From assembly GCA_965221125.1 (NCBI GenBank), contig CBDCRW010000006.1, positions 736,001-800,000 on the forward strand: a stretch of DNA of 64,000 bases, in the 5' to 3' direction. This document shows, piece by piece, positions 1 to 11,527 of the stretch. Within the stretch, counting starts at the first letter, position 1. Each line of letters opens with the position of its first letter. Source of the stretch: Alphaproteobacteria bacterium. GTDB taxonomy: Bacteria > Pseudomonadota > Alphaproteobacteria > UBA828. The notes beneath the pieces were generated by a model. It was not told the origin of the DNA, searched no databases, and saw only the letters and a program-made list of their open reading frames with translations. Both the position numbers and the translations under genes were made by a program.

Positions 1-922
1 CGCTGACGGCGGCGCCCTCCCGCCGGCGCCGGCGGCCTTCGCGCCGGCCGCGCCTGCCCTCGCCCGCCCCCTCGGGCGCCGGCTCGCGGAAGCGGCGGAG
101 CCAGCGCGCGCAGTCGGGGTCGTTGCCGTTCATCATGTCGGCGGCCATGACAGCGGCGACCTCGGCCTCGTGCAGCGGGTTCATGATGGCCGACGTGAGG
201 CCGGAGCGCGCAGCCATGCTGAGGAACGCCGCGTTCACGCTCGGCCGGTTGGGCAGGCCGAAGCCGATGTTGGACGCGCCGCAGGTGGAGTTGACGCCGA
301 GCTCCTCCTTCAGGCGGCGCATGATGGCGAAGGCCTGCACGCCCGCCTTGTTGATGGCGCCGATGGGCATGACCAGCGGGTCGACCACCACGTCCTCCTT
401 GGGGATGCCGTGGTCCATGGCGCGCTCGACGATCTTCTTGGCGATGGCGAAGCGCTCGTCCGGGTCTTCGGAGATGCCGCTCTCGTCGTTGGAGATGGCG
501 ACGACGGCGCAGCCGTACTTCTTCACCAGGGGCAGCACGGATTCGAGCCGCTCCTCCTCGCCGGTGACCGAGTTGAGCAGCGGCTTGCCCTGATAGACCT
601 CGAGGCCGGCTTCCAGCGCGGCCACGATGGAGCTGTCGATGGAGAGCGGAACGTCGGTCAGCGACTGCATGAGCCGGATGCAGTCGGCCAGGATCTTCGG
701 CTCGTCGGCGAGCGGCACGCCCGCGTTCACGTCAAGCATGTGCGCGCCGGCCGCGACCTGGGCCAGCGCGTCCCGCTCCACCCGCGAGTAGTCGCCCGCA
801 GCCATCTCCGCCATCAGCAGCTTGCGGCCGGTGGGGTTGATGCGCTCGCCGATGATGCAGAAGGGCTCGTCGAAGCCGATCACGACTTCCCTGGTGGCGG
901 AACTGACGATGGTGCGTGTCAT
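1..922 (-). CDS. Pterin-binding (DHPS-like) methyltetrahydrofolate:corrinoid methyltransferase, stand-alone MetH folate domain; runs off the left edge
   Basis: Not in ORF track; translated by hand from ATG at 922: MTRTIVSSATREVVIGFDEPFCIIGERINPTGRK...LDVNAG...PLSIDSS...GKPLLNSV...CGASNIGFGLP, typical pterin-binding MeTr motifs. Confidence 0.9.
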   Translation of the reverse strand, partial: MTRTIVSSATREVVIGFDEPFCIIGERINPTGRKLLMAEMAAGDYSRVERDALAQVAAGAHMLDVNAGVPLADEPKILADCIRLMQSLTDVPLSIDSSIVAALEAGLEVYQGKPLLNSVTGEEERLESVLPLVKKYGCAVVAISNDESGISEDPDERFAIAKKIVERAMDHGIPKEDVVVDPLVMPIGAINKAGVQAFAIMRRLKEELGVNSTCGASNIGFGLPNRPSVNAAFLSMAARSGLTSAIMNPLHEAEVAAVMAADMMNGNDPDCARWLRRFREPAPEGAGEGRRGRREGRRRRREGAAVS

Positions 923-1620
923 GGCGCTCCTGCTTCCTCGCCGGCCGCCGCCGCCGCTTGCACGAAATCCGCAAGCTCGCCGTAGCCGACGTGGCGGTGG
1001 ACGTAGCCGAGCCCGAGCCGCTCGGCCGCCACGCGGGCCTTGGCTTCGAGATCGGCGTCCCGGACCTGGGAGATGTAGACGCAGTTGGTGTAGTTGCCGA
1101 AGTAATCGTCGCGCAGCTCGGGCCAGCGGTCGAGGCCAAGGCCCGCGATGATAAGCTGGTCGAATTGGCGCACCATGTAGTCGGTCAGGAAGAACTGGGT
1201 GGGGTCGTCGTCGGTGATGGCCGCGAACGCGTCCTGGCCCGTGTAGAAGGCGTAGCAGTGCGGCCCCTCGATGCGCTCGACGCCTTCCTCCGCGATCACC
1301 TTGTCGAGCAGGCCGCCGGTGCCGCAGTCGCCGTAGGCCACGAAGATCGCGCGGTAGCGGGCCTTGTTGGCCTGGATCTTCGTGCGCACCGCCTCGGGAA
1401 TGAGGTGGGGCCGGTTGTGCAGCTTGGCCGGCAGGCAGGTGATGTCCAGGTGCTCGAAGCCGTTGGCGGCCCGGAAATCCACGATCTCGCGGGCGAGCGC
1501 GCCGCAGGCGATGACCAGGGCACGGGCCGGGCCCGCGCTCGCGAATGCCGCCTCGTCGTCGACCGAGAGGTCGGCATGGGCCGGCACCGCCATCGCGGGC
1601 GGCGTGTGCGCCGCCGTCAC
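919..1620 (-). CDS. DUF1638-type protein associated with split methionine synthase/corrinoid systems
   Basis: IACGALAREI, CLPAKLHNRP, YGDCGTGG, GPHCY, FFLTD motifs; 4-nt overlaps with both neighbours. Confidence 0.8.
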   Translation of the reverse strand: MTAAHTPPAMAVPAHADLSVDDEAAFASAGPARALVIACGALAREIVDFRAANGFEHLDITCLPAKLHNRPHLIPEAVRTKIQANKARYRAIFVAYGDCGTGGLLDKVIAEEGVERIEGPHCYAFYTGQDAFAAITDDDPTQFFLTDYMVRQFDQLIIAGLGLDRWPELRDDYFGNYTNCVYISQVRDADLEAKARVAAERLGLGYVHRHVGYGELADFVQAAAAAGEEAGAP

Positions 1621-2327
1621 GCGGTGCCCGCCGCGGCGGCATCAATGTTATGCCGACGCTTCATCAGCTCCTTGGCGGTCTCGACCGTGATCGCGGCGTC
1701 GGCGCAATAGGCATCGGCGCCGACCGCCATGGCAAAATCCTCGTTCAGCGGCGCGCCGCCCACCATCACCAGGTAATCGTCGCGGATGCCCTTCTCCTTC
1801 ATCGTCTCGATGACGACCTTCATGTAGGGCATGGTGGTGGTTAGCAGGGCCGACATGCCGAGGATGTCGGGCTCGTGCTCCTCGAGCGCGGCGAGGTAGT
1901 TCTCGACCGGGTTGTTGATGCCGAGGTCGATCACCTCGAAGCCGGCACCCTCCATCATCATGGTGACGAGGTTCTTGCCGATGTCGTGGATGTCGCCCTT
2001 CACGGTGCCGATGACCATCTTGCCCGCGCGCGGCGCGCCGGTCTCCGCCAGCAGGGGGCGGAGGATGGCCATGCCGCCCTTCATGGCGTTGGCGGACTTG
2101 AGCACCTCGGGCACGAACAGGATGCCGTCGCGGAAGTCGATGCCGACGATGCGCATGCCCTCGACCAGCGCGTCGGTCAGGATCGTGTAGGGCAGCCAGT
2201 CGCGGCTCAGCAGGATGTTGACGCCCTCCTCGATCTCCTCCTTGAGGCCGTCGTAGAGGTCGTCGTGCATCTGCTCGACGAGGTCGGCGTCGCTCAGCGA
2301 TTTCAGATCGAGGTCGTCGTCCGCCAT
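1617..2327 (-). CDS. Corrinoid protein (cap + B12-binding domain)
   Basis: GTVKGDIHDIGKNLV (DxHxxG), LGMSALLTTT and VGGAP motifs. Confidence 0.93.
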   Translation of the reverse strand: MADDDLDLKSLSDADLVEQMHDDLYDGLKEEIEEGVNILLSRDWLPYTILTDALVEGMRIVGIDFRDGILFVPEVLKSANAMKGGMAILRPLLAETGAPRAGKMVIGTVKGDIHDIGKNLVTMMMEGAGFEVIDLGINNPVENYLAALEEHEPDILGMSALLTTTMPYMKVVIETMKEKGIRDDYLVMVGGAPLNEDFAMAVGADAYCADAAITVETAKELMKRRHNIDAAAAGTA

Positions 2328-2467
2328 GGATCCAGTCCCGCTCATGCCTGCACAGGGGTGGCAAGAATCGCGCGCTCGCCCCGGACGCAGCCGTCCTCCC
2401 AGGGTTCCGACCCTGCGCCCGAACCCAGTACGTATTCAATTACAGACGGGGTGCAAGACTGTTCCAG

Positions 2468-2498
2468 ACTCGACGATGGCTTGCCGGTTCACGACAAA
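2468..2498 (-). promoter_or_regulatory. Candidate AraC/GlxA-type direct-repeat operator upstream of the corrinoid operon
   Basis: GTCG-N17-GTCG (21-bp period) on the minus strand upstream of a TTGCAC -35-like hexamer; adjacent to a GlxA regulator. Confidence 0.3.
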
Positions 2499-2557
2499 GC
2501 GCGCGCCGCCGCCGGGATCGGTCCGACCACACAGATCGGGACCTGAGCGAAGGCGCG

Positions 2558-3562
2558 TCACGGGGCGGGCAGCGCGTCGTCCATTGCCCAGGCATGCCGT
2601 GCCGCGCCGGTCAAGCGCTTGGTCTCCCGCGGGGCGTGGCCGAAGTGCTGGCGGTACGACTTGGAGAAGTGGGAGGCGGAGACGAACCCGGTCGCCAGCG
2701 CCACGTTCGTCACCGACATGCAGGTCTGCTGCAGCAGCGCGCGCGCCCGGTTGAGCCGCATCTCAAGGTAGTAGCGGCTCGGCGTGCAATTCAGGTATTT
2801 CAGGAACAGGCGTTCGAGCTGGCGGGTCGAGAGGCCGATCTCGCTCGCCAGCTCGGTCTGGCTGAGCGGCGCCTCGATGTTGTCCGACATGATGTTGATG
2901 CCGGAGAGCAGCTTGGGCTGGCTCACGGCAAGGCGCAGGCGCAGCGCCATTCTCTGGTGGTCCTCCTCGCCCCTGATGCGCTCGGCGATGAGCCCTTCGG
3001 AGACCGCCGCGGCCAGCTCGTAGCCGTGGTGGCGGTTGATGAAGCTCAGCATCATGTCGGACGCCGCCATGCCGCCCGCGCAGGTGTAGCGGTTGCGGTC
3101 GATGACGAAGATGTCCTCCTTGACCTCGATGTCGGGGAAGTCCTCGACGAAGCCCGGCAGGTTCTCCCAGTGGATGGTGCAGCGGTAGCCGTCCAGCAGC
3201 CCGAGCCGCGCGAGGACGTGGCTGCCGGTGCACAGCGAGCCGATGCTGGTGCCGCGGCGCTCGATCTGCCTGAGCCAGTTGGCGAGCCGCTTGTCCTCGA
3301 ACAGGTGGGTCTCGATGCCGCCGCAGACGAAGACGGTGGACAGCCGCTCGCTCGATTCGAGGGAGAGGTCGGCGGTGACGCTGACGCCTGCCGACGAGGC
3401 CACCGCGCCGCCGTCGAGGGAGACGGTGCGCCACTCGTAGAGCGTCTCGCCGCTGACGTAGTTCGCGAGCCGGAGCGGCTCGATCGCGCTCGAGAACGCC
3501 CCGAGCGAGAACTTCGGGACCATCAGGAAGCCGAACTGGCAACCGGGGTCGGTGGTGCGCAT
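2558..3562 (-). CDS. GlxA/GbdR-family AraC transcriptional regulator (DJ-1/PfpI-like + HTH)
   Basis: IEPLRLAN, SLCTGS, CTIHWEN, RQLERLF, GFVSASHFSKSYR. Confidence 0.92.
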   Translation of the reverse strand: MRTTDPGCQFGFLMVPKFSLGAFSSAIEPLRLANYVSGETLYEWRTVSLDGGAVASSAGVSVTADLSLESSERLSTVFVCGGIETHLFEDKRLANWLRQIERRGTSIGSLCTGSHVLARLGLLDGYRCTIHWENLPGFVEDFPDIEVKEDIFVIDRNRYTCAGGMAASDMMLSFINRHHGYELAAAVSEGLIAERIRGEEDHQRMALRLRLAVSQPKLLSGINIMSDNIEAPLSQTELASEIGLSTRQLERLFLKYLNCTPSRYYLEMRLNRARALLQQTCMSVTNVALATGFVSASHFSKSYRQHFGHAPRETKRLTGAARHAWAMDDALPAP

Positions 3563-3617
3563 CGCGTCACCGTCGGTCTGGCGTCTCCCTACAGCTTGTC
3601 CCGCCGCGCCGCGCAGA

Positions 3618-4949
3618 TCAAATCGGCTGGCGGCTGGCGACCTTCTCGCCCCTGACGTAGACCGCCCCCACGGCGCGGTCGTCGCCCAGCATCATCAGCG
3701 AGAACAGCACGTCCTCCAGGGTCTCCGACAGCTCCTGGCGGGCGGCCAGCACCGGCGTCGCCTGCGGGTCGAGGACGACGACATCGGCCCAGCGGCCGGC
3801 ATCGAGCGTGCCAATCTCGCCATCGAGGCGGAGGCCGCGCGCGTTGCCGAGCGTGGCGAGGTAGAAGCCGTCGAAGGCGCTGAAGCGACAGCCCTTGAGC
3901 CGGGCGATCTTGTAGGCCTCGGCGAGGGTCTGGAGCAGGGAGTAGCTGGTGCCGCCGCCAACGTCCGTGGAGACGCCGACCCTGACCGGGCGCCGGGCCG
4001 CATACAGATGCTCGATGTCGAACAGGCCCGAGCCCAGGAACGCGTTCGACGTGGGGCAGTGGACGACCATCGAGCCCGCCTCGTGCAGGGCCCGGCATTC
4101 GCGCTCCGAGAGGTAGGTGCCGTGGGCGAAGACGGAGGTCTCGCCGACGAGGCCGAAGCGCGCGTAGACGTCGGTGTAATCCCTGGACCAGGGGAAGAGC
4201 CGCTGCACCATCTCGATCTCCGCCACGCTCTCCGAGAGGTGCGTGTGGAGGATGCAGTCGGGATGGTCCGCGAGCAGCGCGCCAGCGAGCCTGAGTTGCT
4301 CCTCGCTCGACGTGATGGCGAAGCGCACCGTGAGCGCGTAGCGCAGGCGGTCCACCCCGTGCCAGGACGCGATGAGTTCCGCGCTCTCCCGCGCGCTCTC
4401 TTCCGCCTCCTGGGTCACGGCGGCAGGCGCGTTCCGGTCCATCATGGTCGCCCCGGTCGCGAGGCAAAGGCCGCGCCGCCGAGCGGCGCGAAAGAGGCAG
4501 TCGGCCGCCTGCCCGTGCACCGACGAGAAGACCAGGGCGCTGGTGGTGCCGTGGCTCACCAGCTTGTCGAGGAAGCGCTCGGCGGCGGCGGCGGCGTGGT
4601 CCTCGGCGGCATAGCGCGCCTCCTCGGGGAAGGCGAAGCGATCCAGCCATTCGAGCAGGTCGTGCGCGGGCGCCGCCAGCATGCGGTGCTGCGGGAAGTG
4701 AACGTGCGCGTCGATGAAGCCGGGCAGGATGACCGCGTCGCCGTAGCGCTCGCAGGGTGCTGCGGCATGCGCCTGCGGCAGGTCGGCGAAGGCGCCGTGC
4801 CAGAGGATGCGGCCCTCCGAGCCCACGACCACCGCACCGTCGTCGTGGCTGCACACTGCCTGCTCGGGACCGACGGCGCGGGGGTCGTCCCCAAAGCTCA
4901 CCGTGCGGCCGCGCAGCACCCGCGCTGCAGAGGTGGCGCCTGCCGTCAT
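3618..4949 (-). CDS. guaD: Guanine deaminase
   Basis: PGFIDAHVHFPQ, RFAITS, HTHLSE, HCPTSNAFLGSG, TDVGGGTS. Confidence 0.95.
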   Translation of the reverse strand: MTAGATSAARVLRGRTVSFGDDPRAVGPEQAVCSHDDGAVVVGSEGRILWHGAFADLPQAHAAAPCERYGDAVILPGFIDAHVHFPQHRMLAAPAHDLLEWLDRFAFPEEARYAAEDHAAAAAERFLDKLVSHGTTSALVFSSVHGQAADCLFRAARRRGLCLATGATMMDRNAPAAVTQEAEESARESAELIASWHGVDRLRYALTVRFAITSSEEQLRLAGALLADHPDCILHTHLSESVAEIEMVQRLFPWSRDYTDVYARFGLVGETSVFAHGTYLSERECRALHEAGSMVVHCPTSNAFLGSGLFDIEHLYAARRPVRVGVSTDVGGGTSYSLLQTLAEAYKIARLKGCRFSAFDGFYLATLGNARGLRLDGEIGTLDAGRWADVVVLDPQATPVLAARQELSETLEDVLFSLMMLGDDRAVGAVYVRGEKVASRQPI

Positions 4950-5479
4950 CCCGCCACCCGATCCTCGATGCGGAAGCGCATGATGCGACAGACGTTCTCG
5001 ATCGCGGTCCCGATCTCGGCCTCCGCCCCGTTGGCGCTGCGCTCCTCGAAGGCAGCAAGGATCATGTCCTTGGTGGCACCCTTGACCGCGAAGATGAAGG
5101 GGATGCCGAAGCGTTCCCTGTAAGCGGCGTTGAACGCGGTGAAGCGCGCGTATTCCTCGGGAGTCAGCCGGTCGAGGCCGGCGCCCGCCTGCTCCCGGCG
5201 GGAATCCTCGGTCAGGTCGCCCGCGATCGCCGCCCGGCCGGCGAGGTCCGGATGCGCGCGCAGCACGGCGAGTTGCTCGTCCCGCGCAGCCCCGCGCAGG
5301 GCGGCGGCGAATGCCTCGGCAACCGCCTCACGGCCGGCGAAGGGACGGGCTGCGGCGGCACGCTCGGCGACCCAAGGCGAATGCTCCGCCACGTCGCCGA
5401 ATGCGGCGACGAAGTCGGCGACCGCCATGCGGTTGAGGTCGTCGGTGGAGAGGCGTGTGTCGGCCGCGCTGGCGCCCAT
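4946..5479 (-). CDS. uraD: OHCU decarboxylase
   Basis: EHSPWVA, LRAHPDLAG, SRREQAGAGL, YRERFGIPFIFAV. Confidence 0.93.
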   Translation of the reverse strand: MGASAADTRLSTDDLNRMAVADFVAAFGDVAEHSPWVAERAAAARPFAGREAVAEAFAAALRGAARDEQLAVLRAHPDLAGRAAIAGDLTEDSRREQAGAGLDRLTPEEYARFTAFNAAYRERFGIPFIFAVKGATKDMILAAFEERSANGAEAEIGTAIENVCRIMRFRIEDRVAG

Positions 5480-5483
5480 GGTC

Positions 5484-6662
5484 CTACCTGTTGTCGATCC
5501 AGGCGCCGAGCTGCTGGCGCTCCTCGTCCGTCATCTCGGTCTCGTTGCCGAGCGGCATGGTGCGGGTCTGGACCGTGAACTTGTCCACCAGCTCTGCATG
5601 CCGGTGCAGGTCGTCGATGCTCTCCAGCACCATGTCCTTGGGCGGCGTGTCGAAGCTCTCATGCGTGGGGCTCGCCGCGTGGCAGGAGACGCAGTGCTTG
5701 TCCACGATGGCCATGATCTCGACGTCCGAGACATCGAGGTCCGCCGTCTCCCGCTGCTGGGGCGAGGTCATCCACACGGCCGCGGCGAGGGCGACCAGCA
5801 TGACCGGCAGGGTCCAGGCGAATTTCGCGAACGGATCGCCCGCCTCGTGGCGGATGAAGGCGTGGCGCAGGCCGGCGCCGCCCACGATGACGAAGGCGAC
5901 GATCAGCCAGGCTTGCGGATGGGCGGAGAGCATCGGGTAATGCCCGCCCACCATGGTGACCAGCACCGGCAGCGTGAGATAGGTGTTGTGCACCGAGCGT
6001 TGCTTGCCGATGGCGCCGAATTTCGCGTCCGGCTCCCGCCCTTCGATCAGAGCCTTGGTGATCTTCTTCTGGTTGGGAATGATCACCGCGAACACGTTGG
6101 CCGCCATGAGGGTGCCGATGAAGGCGCCGACATGGATCATCGCGGCGCGGCCCGCGAACACGTTGGTGTAGACATAGGCCGCCAGGAGAATCCAGATGAA
6201 TGTTGCGATGGCGAGCAGCGTGGGCCGCTTGCCGATGGGCGAGCGGCAGAGGCCGTCGTAGACGAACCAGCCGACGGCGAGGCTGCCTGCCGAGATGCCG
6301 ACCGCGTGCAGGGGCTCGATGTCCAGCACCGCGGGATCGATCATCCAGGTGCCGGCGCTGAGGTAGAACTGGACGATCAGCAGCAGGAAGCCGGTGAACC
6401 AGGTGAGATACGCTTCCCACTTGAACCAGACCAGGTCGCCGGGCAGCTCCTTCGGCGCCACGGTGAACTTCTCGACGTGGTAGAAGCCGCCGCCGTGGAC
6501 CTGCCACGCGGTGCCGAGCACGCCCTCCTTCATCCTCTCGCGCTTCTTCAGCGCGACGTCGAGGGCGATGAAATAGAACGACGTGCCGATCCAGCCGATG
6601 CCGGCGATCATGTGCGCCCAGCGGATCAGGAGATTGAGCCAGTCGAGGGCGAAGGCGGCCAA
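5484..6662 (-). CDS. puuD: Urate hydroxylase PuuD (membrane protein with C-terminal cytochrome c)
   Basis: RWAHMIAGIGWIGTSFYF, VHGGGFY, WFKWEAY, RSVHNTYLTLP; CVSCH haem motif. Confidence 0.9.
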   Translation of the reverse strand: MAAFALDWLNLLIRWAHMIAGIGWIGTSFYFIALDVALKKRERMKEGVLGTAWQVHGGGFYHVEKFTVAPKELPGDLVWFKWEAYLTWFTGFLLLIVQFYLSAGTWMIDPAVLDIEPLHAVGISAGSLAVGWFVYDGLCRSPIGKRPTLLAIATFIWILLAAYVYTNVFAGRAAMIHVGAFIGTLMAANVFAVIIPNQKKITKALIEGREPDAKFGAIGKQRSVHNTYLTLPVLVTMVGGHYPMLSAHPQAWLIVAFVIVGGAGLRHAFIRHEAGDPFAKFAWTLPVMLVALAAAVWMTSPQQRETADLDVSDVEIMAIVDKHCVSCHAASPTHESFDTPPKDMVLESIDDLHRHAELVDKFTVQTRTMPLGNETEMTDEERQQLGAWIDNR

Positions 6663-6748
6663 GCGCGTCTCTCCTCGCGCTTACGTCAGCCGGCGCACCG
6701 CGCCTGCATCGCAGTAGGAACGGTACGCCGGCCGGTAACGGTAACGGA

Positions 6749-7819
6749 CTACTCAGGCAACGTGTCGTCGACGCCCTGGACGTACCAGTTGATGCCCGCC
6801 AGCGTGCCGTCGTCCATGACCTCGCCTTCGGCCACGGCCAGCGTGCCGTCCTGCTTGTAGACGGGGCCGGCGAAGGGGTTGAGCTCGCCCGAAGCGATCT
6901 TGGCCGCCGTATCAGCAGCCATCGCCGCCACGTCATCGGGCATGTTGGTGTAGGGCGCCATCACCACGGTGCCCGCGGCCATCCCGGTCCACGAATTCGC
7001 CGACTCCCAGGTCCCGTCGAGCACCGCCTGGGCACGCTCGACGTAGTAGGGGCCCCACTCGTCGATGATCGCCGTCAACTGCGCCTTGGGCGCGAAGTGG
7101 ATCATGTCAGAGGCCTGACCGAAGCCGAGCACGCCTTCTTCTTCGGCGATCTGCAGCGGCGCCGTCGAATCGGTGTGCTGGGTGATGATGTCCGCACCCT
7201 GGCCGATCAGCACCTTCGCGGCATCGGCTTCCTTGCCCGGGTCGAACCAGGTGTTGACCCAGACCACCTTGAGCTTGAAGTCCGGGTTGATGGTCTGCGC
7301 GCCCAGGATGAACGCGTTGATGCCCATCACGACCTCGGGAATCGGGAAGGACGCGATGTAGCCGGCGATCCCCGACTCCGACATCTGCGCGGCGATCTGG
7401 CCGATGACGTAGCGGCCTTCATGGAAGCGCGCGTTGTAGGACGCAACGTTCTCGGACTGCTTGTAGCCGGTCGCGTGCTCGAATTTCACGTCGGGAAAGC
7501 GCTTGGCGACCTTGATGGTCGGGTCCATGTAGCCGAAGGACGTGGTGAAGATCAGCCCCACACCCTGGCGCGCCAGCCGCTCGATGGCGCGCTCGGCATC
7601 CGGCCCCTCCGGCACGTTCTCGACGTACACGGTCTCCACCTTGTCGCCCAGCGCCGCGTCGATCGCGAGGCGGCCCTGGTCGTGGGCGTAGGTCCAGCCG
7701 TGATCGCCGATGGGTCCGATGTAGATGAACCCGACCTTGAGCTTGTCTTCAGCGGTCGCGGCACCCGCGGCGAACGTCATCGCCAACGCAAGCGCGACCA
7801 TTCCAATGAGCTTCTTCAT
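6749..7819 (-). CDS. BMP-family ABC transporter substrate-binding protein (purine/nucleoside)
   Basis: Signal peptide after AAGGAGG RBS; GPIGDHGWTYAH, FTTSFG, QHTDS. Confidence 0.92.
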   Translation of the reverse strand: MKKLIGMVALALAMTFAAGAATAEDKLKVGFIYIGPIGDHGWTYAHDQGRLAIDAALGDKVETVYVENVPEGPDAERAIERLARQGVGLIFTTSFGYMDPTIKVAKRFPDVKFEHATGYKQSENVASYNARFHEGRYVIGQIAAQMSESGIAGYIASFPIPEVVMGINAFILGAQTINPDFKLKVVWVNTWFDPGKEADAAKVLIGQGADIITQHTDSTAPLQIAEEEGVLGFGQASDMIHFAPKAQLTAIIDEWGPYYVERAQAVLDGTWESANSWTGMAAGTVVMAPYTNMPDDVAAMAADTAAKIASGELNPFAGPVYKQDGTLAVAEGEVMDDGTLAGINWYVQGVDDTLPE

Positions 7820-7911
7820 GATGCCTCCTTTCACTTGAGCAAGTGTCCGTGCGGTGCAACGTGTCACGCCGCCAACGCCCACCGTAACGCGGCGGCGGCG
7901 TTACTCCCCAG

Positions 7912-8832
7912 CTACCTCTCGGGCGCGAAGGGCTGCCCGATCATTGCGGGCGTGTTCACCCGGATCAACGACCTGTTCCCTGAAATGATGACCAGCACCG
8001 CTATCGTGACGAGGTAGGGGAGCGACGACAATAGCTGCGACGGGATTCCGACGCCCAGACCCTGGACGTAGAGGCCCATGATCCAGACCGTGCCGAAGAG
8101 ATAGGCCCCGATCAGCAGACGCCCCGGTAGCCAGGTGGCGAAGACGACCAGCGCGAGCGCGATCCAGCCGCGGCCTGCGCTCATGTTCTCGATCCACTGC
8201 GTGGTGTAGGCAAGCGAGAGGTACGCGCCGGCCAGCCCCGAGCAGGCGCCGCCGAAGGCGATGCAGGCGTAGCGCACCCTGATCACGCCGTAGCCGAGCG
8301 CGTGGGCGGAATGGTGGTTGTTGCCCACCGCGTTGATGACGAGGCCGATCCGGGTGCGGAACAGCACGTAGCTCGTGGCCGCGACCAGCGCGAGCGAGAC
8401 GTAGACCAGGATGTCCTGGCCGAACAGGATCGGCCCGATGAAGGGGATGTCGGTGAGTAGCGGAATGTGGATCGACTCGAGCTTCTCCCCGGGCAGCCCG
8501 GTGAACCCCTCGCCGATCAGGCCGGAGAGCCCGAGCCCCAGCAGGGTGAGCGAGAGCCCGGTCGCGACCTGCGAGGTCATCAGGGTCTGGGTCAGGAAGG
8601 CGAAGAGCAGCGACGTGGCGATGCCCGCGTAGAGCCCGACCAGAATGCCGAGCAGCGGCGAGCCGGTCGTGTAGGCCGCGGCGAAGCTGCACACCGCGCC
8701 CATGATCATCATGCCCTCGACACCCAGGTTGAGGACGCCCGAGCGCTCCGTGACGAGCTCTCCGGTCGCCGCCAGCAGCAAAGGCGTGGACGCCGTGATG
8801 ATCGTCAGGATGACGGCTTCGAGGGCTTCCAT
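7912..8832 (-). CDS. ABC transporter permease (nucleoside/purine type)
   Basis: ERSGVLNLGVEGMM, GRGWIALALVVF. Confidence 0.92.
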   Translation of the reverse strand: MEALEAVILTIITASTPLLLAATGELVTERSGVLNLGVEGMMIMGAVCSFAAAYTTGSPLLGILVGLYAGIATSLLFAFLTQTLMTSQVATGLSLTLLGLGLSGLIGEGFTGLPGEKLESIHIPLLTDIPFIGPILFGQDILVYVSLALVAATSYVLFRTRIGLVINAVGNNHHSAHALGYGVIRVRYACIAFGGACSGLAGAYLSLAYTTQWIENMSAGRGWIALALVVFATWLPGRLLIGAYLFGTVWIMGLYVQGLGVGIPSQLLSSLPYLVTIAVLVIISGNRSLIRVNTPAMIGQPFAPER

Positions 8833-8863
8833 GGGTCGCTGCCTAGACCTCCCCGGCCATCGT

Positions 8864-9918
8864 CTAGTTGCGGACGAGCCTGATGCGGTAGCGGATCAGC
8901 GTGTCGCAGGCCAGGATCAGGAACAGCAGCATGCCCTGGAACACTTGCGTCGTCTTGTCGGAGATGCCGAGGATGACCTGCACCCCCTCTCCGCCCATGT
9001 AGCTGATCGCGAGCAGGACCCCCGCGAAGAACACGCCGATCGGGTTCAGGCGGCCGAGAAAGGCGACGATGATCGCGGTAAAGCCGTAGCCGGGCGAGAC
9101 GTGCGGCTGCAGTTGCCCGCTGGGCCCCGCGACCTCGCAGATGCCGGCCAGCCCCGCAAGCGCGCCGGACAGCATGAAGCAGAAGAGCACCACCCGCTTG
9201 CCCTTGAAGCCGGCGAAGGAGCCCGCACGCGGCGAGGTGCCGACGACGCGGATCTCGAACCCGCGCAGCGTCCGCCCCATCATGAAGGCGACGATGATGA
9301 CGGCGGCGATGGCGAAGAGGGCGCCGATGTGCACCCGTCCCTCGCCGAGAAGCGGCACGAGCTGCCAGCCCTCGAACAATATGGACTGCGGGAAGTTGTA
9401 GCCGTCGGGGTCGCGCCACGGCCCGCGCACCAGCCAGTCCAGCAGAAGCTGGGCAACGTAGACGAGCATCAGGCTGGTGAGGATCTCGTTGGTGGAGAAA
9501 CGGTTCTTCAGGAACGCGGGGATGGCGGCGAAGAGCGCGCCGCCCGCGATGCCGAGCAGCAGCATGAGGAGCAGGACCAGCGGCGATTGCCAGTCGGGAA
9601 AATAGATCGGGACGGAGGCGCCGAGCAGGGCGCCGACGGTGAGCTGGCCCTCCGCGCCGATGTTCCAGACGTTGGCTGTGTAGCAGACCGCGAGGCCGAC
9701 GCCGATGAGGATGAGAGGCGCGGCCTTGACGATCACCTCCTCGATCGACCAAGCGCTGGTCAGGGGATCGATGAAGTAGATGTAGAGCGCTTCGCCGGGA
9801 TCGAAGCCGAGGGCCACGAACATGATGGCGCCGAGGGCGACCGTGACGGCGATCGCCAGCACGGGCGAGAGGAACGCCATCAGCGTCGACCGCTGGCTGC
9901 GCTTCTCCAGCCTGAGGA

Positions 9919-9922
<4 letters not shown>
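8864..9922 (-). CDS. ABC transporter permease (nucleoside/purine type)
   Basis: WNIGAEGQ, NEILTSLML, GYGFTAIIVAFLGRLNP. Confidence 0.92.
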
Positions 9923-11508
<1,586 letters not shown>

Positions 11509-11527
11509 TCGTCCCGACCGGCGCCGG